This document shows, piece by piece, positions 18,887-28,800 of a stretch of 64,000 bases of DNA. The DNA lies in NCBI GenBank assembly GCA_965200315.1, contig OZ241362.1, forward strand, positions 1,344,001-1,408,000, read 5' to 3'. The notes beneath the pieces were generated by a model. That model had not been told where the DNA came from and did not search any database. It worked only from the letters and a program-made list of their open reading frames with translations. The position numbers and the translations under genes are program-made. Each line of letters opens with the position of its first letter. The stretch's first letter is position 1. This DNA is from Candidatus Latescibacterota bacterium. GTDB lineage: Bacteria; Latescibacterota; UBA2968; UBA8231.

Positions 18887-21808
18887 CTAGAATCCGGCCA
18901 CAATATCAAAGAACAGGCGCGAGTTGTCGAAGCTATCGGAAGCGCGCGTGGCATCGTCGTACTCCCGGCTGGTTTTGATAAAGCCGAACTGGGAGGCAAG
19001 AGCATAGCCGTAGTGATCCGAGCGGTTGCTCATCATCAGCACCAGCGTCCATTCCTTAAAATCGTTGCTATCATCCACCCGGTCCAAGCTAGTGTGCCGC
19101 CAGAAAGGGAAGCCCTGAAATCCGAGTTGCAGATTGGACTTGGGCGTCAGGTCGAAGCGAGTCCTGACGATCGGCGCATAAATCGAGAACGAGCGAATAC
19201 TGCCGTCGCCCGTGGCGTCTTCGAGGATGCTAGAATGATCGCGCAAAAACAGGTGCTTGAACATCGGGCGGATGTTCAGATTACCGGCGCTGATCGTATA
19301 ATCGAGCCGGTTGACCATCGTAAAGGTCGAGAGCACTCCGGCTTCCTGTTGAGTGCCGTCGTCGAACTCGTCCTCGGCTTGGCTGTTGCGAATCCACTGG
19401 ACGCTGTTGATGACGTTGAGATTGGAAAGCTGCTGAAAGGCCGAGCTGATGAACAAGGTATTGACCAAGCTATTGCGCATGTTCAGCGGATCGACATCTG
19501 GCGGGAAAATCTGGGAATTGAGATCCTTCGCCTCAATCATCGGGCCTTTCAAATGTGGGAAGGGGCTGGGTATCCGCTGGGTAAAACCCACGTCTTCCCA
19601 GACGTACACGTCGTCGCGAATGTCGTCTTGGACCTGCTTGATGTCCTCGTTGATGCGAATTTTGCCCAAATAGGGCGAGGTGAAATTGTGCTCGTAGCGG
19701 GCGTAGATGGCCTTGGCCTTGCCGCCGCCGGCCGGCTCCTCCATGGTGTAATAGCCGACAGAGGCCCATTTGCCAAAGCGCCCCAAGCCTTTCTTCGTGG
19801 CCACCAAGTGAGCCCCTCGGCGGTCCCGTGGATAGGGATAGTCGGGCAGGGCGTCGTTTTCGCGGTAATCGACTACGCCGTTGTTGTTGAAGTCGATGCC
19901 GTAGATGAAATCCGGCGGATCGGCGTCGTAAAATAGGATCGGCTCGGTCCAGTCGGGAATGCCGTTGAAATTCTGGTCGCTGTCTGGGATTAGGTCGTTG
20001 TTTTCGTCCAACCCGGGGAAAATGCCCGAATCCGACTTCTCCGCACTGGGCAGCTCGTTGATCATCTCGTCTGGCCACTGGTCGTTGTCGTCATTATCGG
20101 TCATGACAAACATTTCCTGCATTTGTGGACATACAAAGCAATCGTCGCTAAAGAAGGCTACGCCGCCCCGGATGCTGTCGTAGTTGCCGCTGTAGTCTGG
20201 ATCTAGGTTGAAAAATTCGCCGCCTATCTCTATCGGGCCTACTTCCTTTTGGGCCGTGAGGAAATAGCCGAGAGCCTGCTTGTCAAAGCGCTTGCCAGCA
20301 TTGCTGCCCACCGGAAAGAGGAAGTACTGGGGATTGGCGACCAACTCACCCTTTACTTTTAGTCCTTTGAGGTTCAGATCCCAGTCCAACCCATAGAGCG
20401 CCTGACCCGTGGGGATGCCGTAGTCGAACTCGACCACTTTGCGGCCTGAATCGCTGCCGTCAGAGCGCAAAACCGTATAGCCTACCCGAGCCGGATCAAA
20501 TAGATCCCACTTGTATTGCAAAAACGGCTGCGCCTGAGTGAATGTCGGATCCGGCACCACCGGCCACTGATTGAAGGCGTCGGGATTTTCTACTAGCACA
20601 TCTTCGAGGGGTTTGATTGCGTCGTCGCCTTTCAGCCCGGTAAAGGGATTGACGTAGCTCCTGCCGCCTGGAGCGTATCTGTCGTCCCCTTCGGCCACTT
20701 TGTCCACGTTCTTTTGGTGGGCCCGCTGGTCGAAAAATAAGTGCTGTTGGCGCACCAAAATGCGATAGTCGCCCTCGACATCGGCTAAGAAACGCACGGA
20801 TTTCATCGTCAGCCCCGGAGCGAATCCGTCGGGATCAGCCGAATAATCCGAGGCATCCGGCAGGTTGAATTGCGGCATTTGGAAGCGGAAGACCACTTGG
20901 TCGCCGCCAGCTACGATCAGCCCGCCCTCGGCGCCACCGATGGGATCGATCATCTTCAAGCTCGAGTCGTACTCGGGATCGCCTTCAATGCTGGTCAGAC
21001 GCACCCGCTGCCCCTGCGACTCGCCGATGATCACTACATCCACGTCATAGACGGTGGCCGCCCGGGCTATATCGTCGGGCGAGTCATCTTCGATAATGAC
21101 TTCGATGAAAGAGGGCGGCAGCATGCTGTAGGGAGTATCGCCCTTGAGAAAAGAACCGTTCTCGTCGGCCGTATTGGCCATGTGCTGGTTGAAGTACGTG
21201 GCACCCATGCGCAGCACATTGCCCAGCTTGGTCTCCCAGTGGCCGCCAAAGATCAACACCGGCGAGGTCTCCCTAGTCGCCTTAAAGGTCGAAAACTTGG
21301 CAGCATTCAACAGGTCGCCGCCTTGGCTCAGCATCAGGGTGAACCTGTTGTCCGAGGACGCGCCGTCGAGCAGGATGCCAAAGAAACGCGGGTCGCTAAA
21401 GGTCAGATCTGAAAACTTGGCGCGTATGTCCTCGCCCAAGGTCACTCGGTAGTTCCAGCCCTTGTACGAGTCGTTGAGCATCACCAAGTTGGCGAACCAC
21501 CCCAAGTACTGGGCCGTGCGGGTGTTGATGTTACTTTCCCCAGGGCGGGAAAATTCCCAAGTGAAGACATTGAAACCGCGCGACAGGTAATTGCCTAGGC
21601 GGTCGTAGCGATTGCGTGCGTTGATCACCGAAGGATAGGGATCGTACTCCTTGCGCCCGTAGTTCAAATACGGTTCGGGATGGCCGAGGTTGAGGAAATC
21701 CCGGTTGCGCAGAAAGGTCTGCGCTTCGGCTTCGGCACCCAGCATTCCCAACACAACAGACGCTAGTAGCGCGGTCCTTACCAGGCTTTTTCTCGCATTA
21801 CTACTCAT
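18887..21808 (-). CDS. large exported / probable outer-membrane beta-rich protein A with Asp/Asn-rich Ca-binding-like motifs
   Basis: Signal peptide ending AEAQ; alternating beta-strand patterns; DNDDNDQWPD, DENNDLIPD, DFNNNGVVDYRENDALPDYPY; ends LFFDIVAGF. ATG at 21808 has an RBS (ORF track starts at 21823). Confidence 0.8.
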   Translation of the reverse strand: MSSNARKSLVRTALLASVVLGMLGAEAEAQTFLRNRDFLNLGHPEPYLNYGRKEYDPYPSVINARNRYDRLGNYLSRGFNVFTWEFSRPGESNINTRTAQYLGWFANLVMLNDSYKGWNYRVTLGEDIRAKFSDLTFSDPRFFGILLDGASSDNRFTLMLSQGGDLLNAAKFSTFKATRETSPVLIFGGHWETKLGNVLRMGATYFNQHMANTADENGSFLKGDTPYSMLPPSFIEVIIEDDSPDDIARAATVYDVDVVIIGESQGQRVRLTSIEGDPEYDSSLKMIDPIGGAEGGLIVAGGDQVVFRFQMPQFNLPDASDYSADPDGFAPGLTMKSVRFLADVEGDYRILVRQQHLFFDQRAHQKNVDKVAEGDDRYAPGGRSYVNPFTGLKGDDAIKPLEDVLVENPDAFNQWPVVPDPTFTQAQPFLQYKWDLFDPARVGYTVLRSDGSDSGRKVVEFDYGIPTGQALYGLDWDLNLKGLKVKGELVANPQYFLFPVGSNAGKRFDKQALGYFLTAQKEVGPIEIGGEFFNLDPDYSGNYDSIRGGVAFFSDDCFVCPQMQEMFVMTDNDDNDQWPDEMINELPSAEKSDSGIFPGLDENNDLIPDSDQNFNGIPDWTEPILFYDADPPDFIYGIDFNNNGVVDYRENDALPDYPYPRDRRGAHLVATKKGLGRFGKWASVGYYTMEEPAGGGKAKAIYARYEHNFTSPYLGKIRINEDIKQVQDDIRDDVYVWEDVGFTQRIPSPFPHLKGPMIEAKDLNSQIFPPDVDPLNMRNSLVNTLFISSAFQQLSNLNVINSVQWIRNSQAEDEFDDGTQQEAGVLSTFTMVNRLDYTISAGNLNIRPMFKHLFLRDHSSILEDATGDGSIRSFSIYAPIVRTRFDLTPKSNLQLGFQGFPFWRHTSLDRVDDSNDFKEWTLVLMMSNRSDHYGYALASQFGFIKTSREYDDATRASDSFDNSRLFFDIVAGF

Positions 21809-21859
21809 GGCAGCTATCCTCATTCAGTGTAGAGATTCTGTCTTCAGTCGCATTCCAAC

Positions 21860-22720
21860 TCAGTGCTGGCGATAACCAACGCTGAACCGATGCACACCTC
21901 CGTAGCCGGAGAGTTGCATCGGGTATGAGTAAGCATAATCGAAATGCCATTGCTTATAGTTGTGCCCAAGCCCCACGTTGATCTCTCTCTCGTCAAAACC
22001 TGAACCCACCGCGGCTCCCCCCATGCGAAACCGAGCGCCGTTGAGGCTCACCGTCCGCGTCTCGTACCCCACCTTGAACTCCGTTCGCCCATCGCGGCGC
22101 TCAATGTCGAGCAGGACTTCCTGCCCCGCCAAATTGAGCAAGGCCGCTGCAACTACGGCCGGCTTTTCTTTGCCTGCGGCTTGGCCACCCGCGGCGATGT
22201 TCGCGCCGTTTAAGTCTTTGGCGACCAACGCCAAGCGCAGGTACGCCCTCGGGTGTATGAAACCCACTTCCCAAGTGGCACCTACATCGAGGCGCCAAGC
22301 CCGATGCGACAGGTCGCCGGCTTTCCAAGCGCTGGTGCGCAAGCCACCACCCAAGGCGAAGCGCTCGTGCAACGGCTTCCCATAGCCTAGGGCAACCACT
22401 TCTTCGCGCCAGCCGTCAGCCCCTAAAAACGAGACGCCGAGTTGGAAGCCGCCGCCCCGCAAAGGCCCGGTTACTGACAAGCCGTTTAGGGCTGGGCTTT
22501 GGTCTAACCCGGGATAGAGCAGCGCGTGCGTCGTACCAGCCTGCCACTTTTGCTGCTGGGCGTTACCGGCCGGATTGTACCAAACGGCCTCAGCCGTCCG
22601 AATGCTGGCGGCGAAAGCCCCACCCAATGCCGTGCTCTGGGCCCCGTGTGCCGCAAATTCAAAAGCAGCGCCAACCGGGGAGACGAGGGCCAGCAATAGG
22701 GCACTAGTACGCCACCACAA
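21860..22720 (-). CDS. PorV/PorQ-like (FadL-type) outer-membrane beta-barrel
   Basis: GAQSTALGGAF...AVWYNPAG N-terminal hatch motif; C-terminal FDYAY...GGVHRFSVGY. Confidence 0.75.
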   Translation of the reverse strand: MWWRTSALLLALVSPVGAAFEFAAHGAQSTALGGAFAASIRTAEAVWYNPAGNAQQQKWQAGTTHALLYPGLDQSPALNGLSVTGPLRGGGFQLGVSFLGADGWREEVVALGYGKPLHERFALGGGLRTSAWKAGDLSHRAWRLDVGATWEVGFIHPRAYLRLALVAKDLNGANIAAGGQAAGKEKPAVVAAALLNLAGQEVLLDIERRDGRTEFKVGYETRTVSLNGARFRMGGAAVGSGFDEREINVGLGHNYKQWHFDYAYSYPMQLSGYGGVHRFSVGYRQH

Positions 22721-24362
22721 AAGTGCCTCGGCGCGCCTTATCGCTTCCTTCTATCCCAACCTCGTACAGATAGAGCCCCGGCTCGACAACCTGACCGCTA
22801 CCATCGCGGCCGTCCCATTCAAACTGATAGGTCCGGGCGCTTCCAGTCTGCGCCAACTGGCGAACTGGCCGACCGGTCAAGTCGTAAATTTTTAGCACGA
22901 CCTCCCGGCCCGCTTCAATGTTGCCGACTACAAAAGCAAAGCGCACATACTCATCAGCAAACGGAGAGAACGGACGCGGCTCCACCTGCACTGCGCCCAA
23001 AAGCTGCAACGGCGTTCCCGCAGCCAGCACCGTCCAAGTGGCACCCGGCATTTCCTGCCCCTGCTGCCAGTTCACGTAGCCGTCTCTGTCGCCTTGGGCT
23101 TTGTTGCCAGCCTCAAAGCGCATGGTGGTCTTGTCGCGCACAAAGAGCGCTTGCCCCTCCATTTCGACAGTCGCCATCGCGTTGATTCGCTCGCTAGGTG
23201 TAAGCTCTATCAGTATCCCCTCCCGGTCCGATGTCGATCCCCAAGTGTAATCCTCTGTAGGCACGAGTTCTCTACCATCGACGCGCACGGCTTCTACGCC
23301 GAGCAAGGGACCTTGTACTCGCAAGAGATCGATCCCGTAATCATCGACGCCAGCCGCGATCTCCACTCGGTAGCTCAGCATCGTTTCCTCGCCCTTGCGC
23401 AGCGAATCGGATACGACCACCGCCGCCAAGAGCTGTTGGGCTACCAAGACGGAATCGTAGTCAATGGCAATGCGCTTGAGCGCCGGGCTGACAAAGGGGG
23501 CCGAGTTCGTCAGGTGGGCCCGGTATGCCAACCTCACGACCGGCTCGTCTCCGCTGTAGAAAAATTCCCCGTCCGTGTGCGCCGCAACGCTTCCCCAAGG
23601 CTTTTCTGCACTCTCTGCGGTAGTTCCGCGCACCTGCAACTCAATGCCCGTGCGCTCCGGGTGCTCTGTTTGCCAGCGGATCTGCCCTACGTTGACCGGG
23701 GTAGGCGGGGCGAAGCTATCCTCTATGAAGCCTTCGCTAACGTAACCCACGCCGAACACCTCAATTTCGCCGATGGCGACCCAGTTGCTGCGGTCTTGGC
23801 GGATTATTGTCAACCGTACGAAGCGACCCGCGCGCGGGATTGCCTCTCCGCGCTCGTTGGTCGCGGCCCAAGTAGAATCTGCACTCGTATCTACATTGAG
23901 GACGAAATTGTCCGGCTGTTCCGCCAAAAGGTGCCAGACTTGCGGTGCCACCTGAGCGGCTGTTTCGAGCCTGTATCCACGCACGAAATACTCGGGCTGG
24001 TTCAGCGCCGTCTCGCCAGCTAGCAATCGCACGCGCTTGATCGCCCGGTCCAAGCCGAGATCGATGGTAAACTGCTTGTCGAACACGTGATTAGTGCCCG
24101 AGATCCACTCGCTCCTCACGAGGTCAATCGCGCCGTCGGTTAGCGGCACAGGCTTGTCAAAATCGTCTATCACTGATCGTCCTAAAGCTACATTTATATT
24201 CTCGTCCAAATGCGCCAAGATGACGAGGCTATCTGGATGCACCTGTACGCCTTGGGTCGTTCCCAAGGCAAATGTATCGACCGCGTCCACTACCCAAGTC
24301 CTTAATTCGGCACGGCACGGACTGAATTCGAGCAAGAGCAAGAGGACAACTAGCCTCAGCAC
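22704..24362 (-). CDS. secreted protein with discoidin/F5-8-like domain and C-terminal FlgD-Ig (T9SS CTD-like) domain
   Basis: FTIDLG...RFVRLTI...IGEIEVFG; C-terminal PRPFSP...KIYDLTGRPVRQL...WDGRDGSGQVVEPGLYLY. Confidence 0.8.
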   Translation of the reverse strand: MLRLVVLLLLLEFSPCRAELRTWVVDAVDTFALGTTQGVQVHPDSLVILAHLDENINVALGRSVIDDFDKPVPLTDGAIDLVRSEWISGTNHVFDKQFTIDLGLDRAIKRVRLLAGETALNQPEYFVRGYRLETAAQVAPQVWHLLAEQPDNFVLNVDTSADSTWAATNERGEAIPRAGRFVRLTIIRQDRSNWVAIGEIEVFGVGYVSEGFIEDSFAPPTPVNVGQIRWQTEHPERTGIELQVRGTTAESAEKPWGSVAAHTDGEFFYSGDEPVVRLAYRAHLTNSAPFVSPALKRIAIDYDSVLVAQQLLAAVVVSDSLRKGEETMLSYRVEIAAGVDDYGIDLLRVQGPLLGVEAVRVDGRELVPTEDYTWGSTSDREGILIELTPSERINAMATVEMEGQALFVRDKTTMRFEAGNKAQGDRDGYVNWQQGQEMPGATWTVLAAGTPLQLLGAVQVEPRPFSPFADEYVRFAFVVGNIEAGREVVLKIYDLTGRPVRQLAQTGSARTYQFEWDGRDGSGQVVEPGLYLYEVGIEGSDKARRGTFVVAY

Positions 24363-24363
24363 T

Positions 24364-25020
24364 TCAGAATAGCAGTTTCTGGGTCAGGCTGGTCACCACG
24401 GCGATGGCAAGGGCTTCCTCCAACTCCTTAGAGTTGAAAATCATGACAATGCCGGCATCAACCGGGCTTTTCGTGCTCACTTTGCCGGTTTTGAGATCCT
24501 TAACCAAGACCTCGACCTGCACTCTTTGCGTCTGCGGGGAGAATACTTTGCGTACCCGCTGACTGGTAATCAGCGCCGTGCCGCTAATTTCCAAGTCGGC
24601 CTCGTCCGAGTCCTCCGACACTAGCGTAAAAGGATTGTTCACTTGCCGTACGCTGTCTTCGTCTAGCACTTCGACCCGATCCGTCTGCGTGAGGATTCGC
24701 ACCTTGTCCTTGCGGAGTTCGCGCAACAAGGCCCCAGACAAGTCCTCGATGCGCGAAGGCCGAGTAATCTGCACCAAGCGATTTCCCTGACTAGCGAGGG
24801 CGTTAGTAATGTACTGAGTGTCTTGGCTACCGGCCGAATTGGCGGTCCTCGGATCGACCACGTTGGCCTTGCTCTCGACCGGGAATTCCTTGACGTATAT
24901 TTTGACCGGCATCGACGGCGGGTTGGGCAAACTGGTGTCCTTGAGTGTCTCGTATTTCAAAGTACAGGCCGTTAAGCCGAGAAGCAGCGTCATTCCCAAG
25001 TATTGCGCCATCTTTTTCAT
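24364..25020 (-). CDS. uncharacterised lipoprotein
   Basis: Lipobox LTAC; tightly packed in the operon. Confidence 0.8.
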   Translation of the reverse strand: MKKMAQYLGMTLLLGLTACTLKYETLKDTSLPNPPSMPVKIYVKEFPVESKANVVDPRTANSAGSQDTQYITNALASQGNRLVQITRPSRIEDLSGALLRELRKDKVRILTQTDRVEVLDEDSVRQVNNPFTLVSEDSDEADLEISGTALITSQRVRKVFSPQTQRVQVEVLVKDLKTGKVSTKSPVDAGIVMIFNSKELEEALAIAVVTSLTQKLLF

Positions 25021-25800
25021 CTACTTGTTCTCCACCCAACGCACTCCGTGATCGACCTTGAAGTCGAATTTCAGATCGGTAAATTCCACTGGATTGCCGT
25101 ATCCTACTTGAAAGCGATCAAAGGCCAGAATGAAGTCGTTTACTTCGAGAGTGAATGACTTGGTTTCCGCAGGCAGCGGTGGAAAAGTCAGCTTGCCGAC
25201 ATACCTAGAGCCTTTGCGCACGGGCTTTTCTCGGTGGTACGCGCTTTTAGTCCAGATTGGTCCACGATCCAAGCTGGCGTGATAGCGCACATTGCCTTCT
25301 TGCCCCCCCCACTTCAAATAGGAATAGTCGTAGTACTCGTCCTTGGCGTACCAATTCCCCGCCCCTTGGCCACAGAGCAGTCGGCTGCCGTCGTCCAAGC
25401 GAAGAACGGTCTGCGTGGGGTCTAGCTCTACCCGCTCCCGAGTGCGGTTGATCACCGTCATTTCAAAAACGGTCCACAGAGGCGGCGTATAGTCCAAGCC
25501 GGGGATTTTGACTCCCGTGAGTGTATAGGGCGTGAAGCGGACGTCGTATTCAGCGTCGAGCATGGCATCGTCGTAGAACTTGACCTTGACTTGCACCCCT
25601 TGCTCGCTCCACACGACCGAGCTGTCGATTGGATCGATGTAATAGGTTTCTCCATCGGGCAGGACCGGCTCTAGCTCGATGAAGTACTCCTGCTGCGAAT
25701 GCGATTCGAGGGATCTGAGGGTAGCGCACCCTCCGGCGGCCAGCGCCAAGCATAGGAGGATGTGGATGTATTTTGTGATGGCTCTCATGTGCATTCGCAT
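25021..25800 (-). CDS. uncharacterised lipoprotein (paralog of 13213-13980)
   Basis: Lipobox AGGC; shared motifs with 13213-13980. Confidence 0.8.
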   Translation of the reverse strand: MRMHMRAITKYIHILLCLALAAGGCATLRSLESHSQQEYFIELEPVLPDGETYYIDPIDSSVVWSEQGVQVKVKFYDDAMLDAEYDVRFTPYTLTGVKIPGLDYTPPLWTVFEMTVINRTRERVELDPTQTVLRLDDGSRLLCGQGAGNWYAKDEYYDYSYLKWGGQEGNVRYHASLDRGPIWTKSAYHREKPVRKGSRYVGKLTFPPLPAETKSFTLEVNDFILAFDRFQVGYGNPVEFTDLKFDFKVDHGVRWVENK

Positions 25801-25801
25801 C

Positions 25802-28800
25802 CTAAAAGGGTGATATCAACTCTACGAAGAGGATGCCCTGCTTGGAGTCGGGCCGTCCTGCATGGCTATAGTCCCGCCGTGTGCGCTGATAGCCGAAGAA
25901 TATCGAATTGTCGCGGATGCCAAAGTAGTCTGCGGTGATGCTCAGCATGGCCAGATAATCGGTCTGGCTATACGTCCCGGTCTGGCTGTACGCCCCGATT
26001 TGGCTGTACGTCCCGTCCTCCGAGGCGCGATCCCAGTGCTTAAACGGCAGCAAGGGTAGCCCTTGTATGCCTAGCTGAAAGCTAGTCTTGGGCGTGAGCT
26101 TGTACTCTCCCATTACTATGGGGATGAAGTCGCTATACGATTTCCTCGGCGCATCTTCGCTGTCAACCTGCTCAAAGATCGTCCGATGCTTCAACTTAGG
26201 CGTGACGCTGAAGGCACCCCAGCTACGGGTGTAGTCGATCTTGTTGACAATAGAAAAACGCGAGCGCACGTCTTCGGGCTGCAATAGTCCGCTGCCGTCC
26301 TCAAGCTCTATTTCGGCTTGGCTGTTACGCTGCCACAGGAAACCGTTTTCAATGTTGAAGCCGCTAAAACCTTTATAGGTGCTGTCTAAAAAGAGGAGTT
26401 GCACAAAACTGTCGCGCATCAACAACTCGTCCGGCGTCGCCGGTCGCCAAAAACCCGCGCGTTCGGGCGGACCGTCGGGCTCGTTAAACCAGTTGATGAC
26501 CTCGACATCGTCAATGGGCACTCGGTACACGTAGGTGTGATCCGGGATGTCGTCTTTGACCTGCTTGGCGTCGTAGTTAATTTTCAGTTGGCCGACGCCG
26601 CGCTTCTCCACCGAGTATGCGTAGCGGAAGTACAGCGCCTCGGATTTACCGGGGCCGGCGATCTGACTGTTGTCGTAGCGGCCTAGAGTGATGAACTTGC
26701 CCAAGCGCCCCAAGCGGTCGTAGCGAATGAAGATGTGCTGGCCCTTTTGGTCGCGCGGGTAGGGGTAGTCCGGCTTATCGTCGTTCTCGCGAAAGTCGGG
26801 TACATTGTTGTTGTTAAAGTCGATGCCATAAGCAAATTCGGGTGGCTCCGAATCGTAGGTCAGAAAAGCCTCTTCCCAGTCCACAATGAAGTTCTCATTG
26901 CGATCCATATCGGGGATGTTATCGACGTTCTCGTCGAGGCCCGGATACACTTGAGCACCGGGATTACCTGGATAAAGCGAACGCGGCTCGGCAGTCGCCG
27001 TATCGTCGCTGTGGCTGTCGGGTAAGGTGTCGTGATCGTCGTTGTCTTCGTGGATGGGGAACTCCTCGGTGACCGTAGTGATTCTCTCGCCAGGCGCAGG
27101 CTGGCCGTCGTAGTGAAAGGCCATGCCGCCGCGATAGCTATCGTACCCGCCGCCGTAGTCGGGCTCCATGCGGTATATCTCCCCACCCAGTGACAGGCCG
27201 GCGGCTAGGTCCTTGACGCCCTTGACCCACCACGCAAAAGCGCGTTCACTGCTGCGTTGGCCTTCGTTATTGCCGATTGGGAACATGAAGTTTTGCAGAT
27301 TGTGCGCCACTTCGCCGCTGAGATCGAGCCCTACCAAATCGACCTGATAGTTGATCGAGGCCAAGCTCTGTCCGGTGGGAATGCCGTAGTCAAAAGAAAT
27401 TAGCTGCCGATTGGCACCCGTGCCGTCGCTGCCATCAGAGCGGACCACAGTATAATAGAGATCCTCGTCTTCGTCTGTGTACCACTTAAATGGACGCCGG
27501 ATGGCCCGCTCACCAGCACTGGCGATGGGAGCGGGCCAAGCCGACTCGGTGATAGCCGCATTGCCTCGGCGATCGATATTGAAGAAGTCGTGAGTTTGGC
27601 TAACGCCGACCCGGTAGTCGCCAGCCACATCGGCGACAAAACGCGCCGAACGCACCGTCACGTCCGGCGGGAGAACGAAGGTGTAAACCACCGGCACCTT
27701 GCCCTCGGCCTCGCGCCCACCGCCAGTGTGAACGGCACCGCCTTCGGGCGGCCCGGCTTCTAACAGCGGATCGTAGTCCGGGTCGTCGTCGAGGCTGGTC
27801 AGGCGCACCGGCTCTGTGTTGCGCTCGCCCTCAAGGACGATGTCCACACCATAGACAATGGCATTGGCCTGGGCATCCTCGGGCGAGTCGTCGGCCACAA
27901 AGACGCGGATGGTCTTGGGGCCGAGCATCTCATAGGGCAAATCGCCGCGCCAAGCACTGGAGCGCGACAGGGCCGGCGCAGCCATGATCTGGTTGATTAG
28001 CGTCCCGCCAATACTGGCGAAGCGACCTACTTCGTGCTGATAGTGGCCGCCAAAGAGCAGCACCGGTGAATTATCCCAAGCGTCATCGCCCTCTTGACCA
28101 AACGCCCATTTGGAAAACAACTGGGTACCAGAGTGATCGCCACCGCGCGAGTACAACAGAGTTGCCCGGTCGCGCTCCTTGTAGTTTATATCCATGCGCA
28201 GCACATTCAGCTTGCTGTTGACCAGCGTAAGTGGTGTGAAAATGGTGCGCACATCCGTACCACCGCCCGGTGATCCCACGTTGCCCAACGTGGCAATCCA
28301 GTGCAAATCCTTGTGAGTATAGTGGCCGACCCGGAACGACCGATACTTGTGGTCGATATAACTAGCCCCACTAAAGTCATTACCACTGCGCGACTCTTCT
28401 ATCGTCAGGAGTCGCCGATAGCCGCCGCCCATGTAGTTGCCTATCCGGTCCCAACCCACATTACGGGTCCTTAGCGTCCGGCCCGACGGGGTGGCCCAAG
28501 CAACCGTCTCTCGGTAGTACGAAATGTACTTTTCGGCGGCGTAGTTGAGATAGGGGACGCTAACGGCGGTGTTGAGGAAGGCCCTCCCTAATCCTCGATC
28601 ATAGCGGTCTTGGGGACCGCGCAGGAAAGGGGGGCGCTTTTTCCACGGGGGATCTTGCGGCGTACCAGGTGCGGGGTTGTAATAGGGCAGCGGACCGCCG
28701 GATTCGGGGTGGCGCTGCGCATCCGCCGGCGCGGATAGGCCAGCGCAAACCAGCGCGGACAAAACCACCCAGCGCTCGACGACACGGCATTTTAGAAAAC

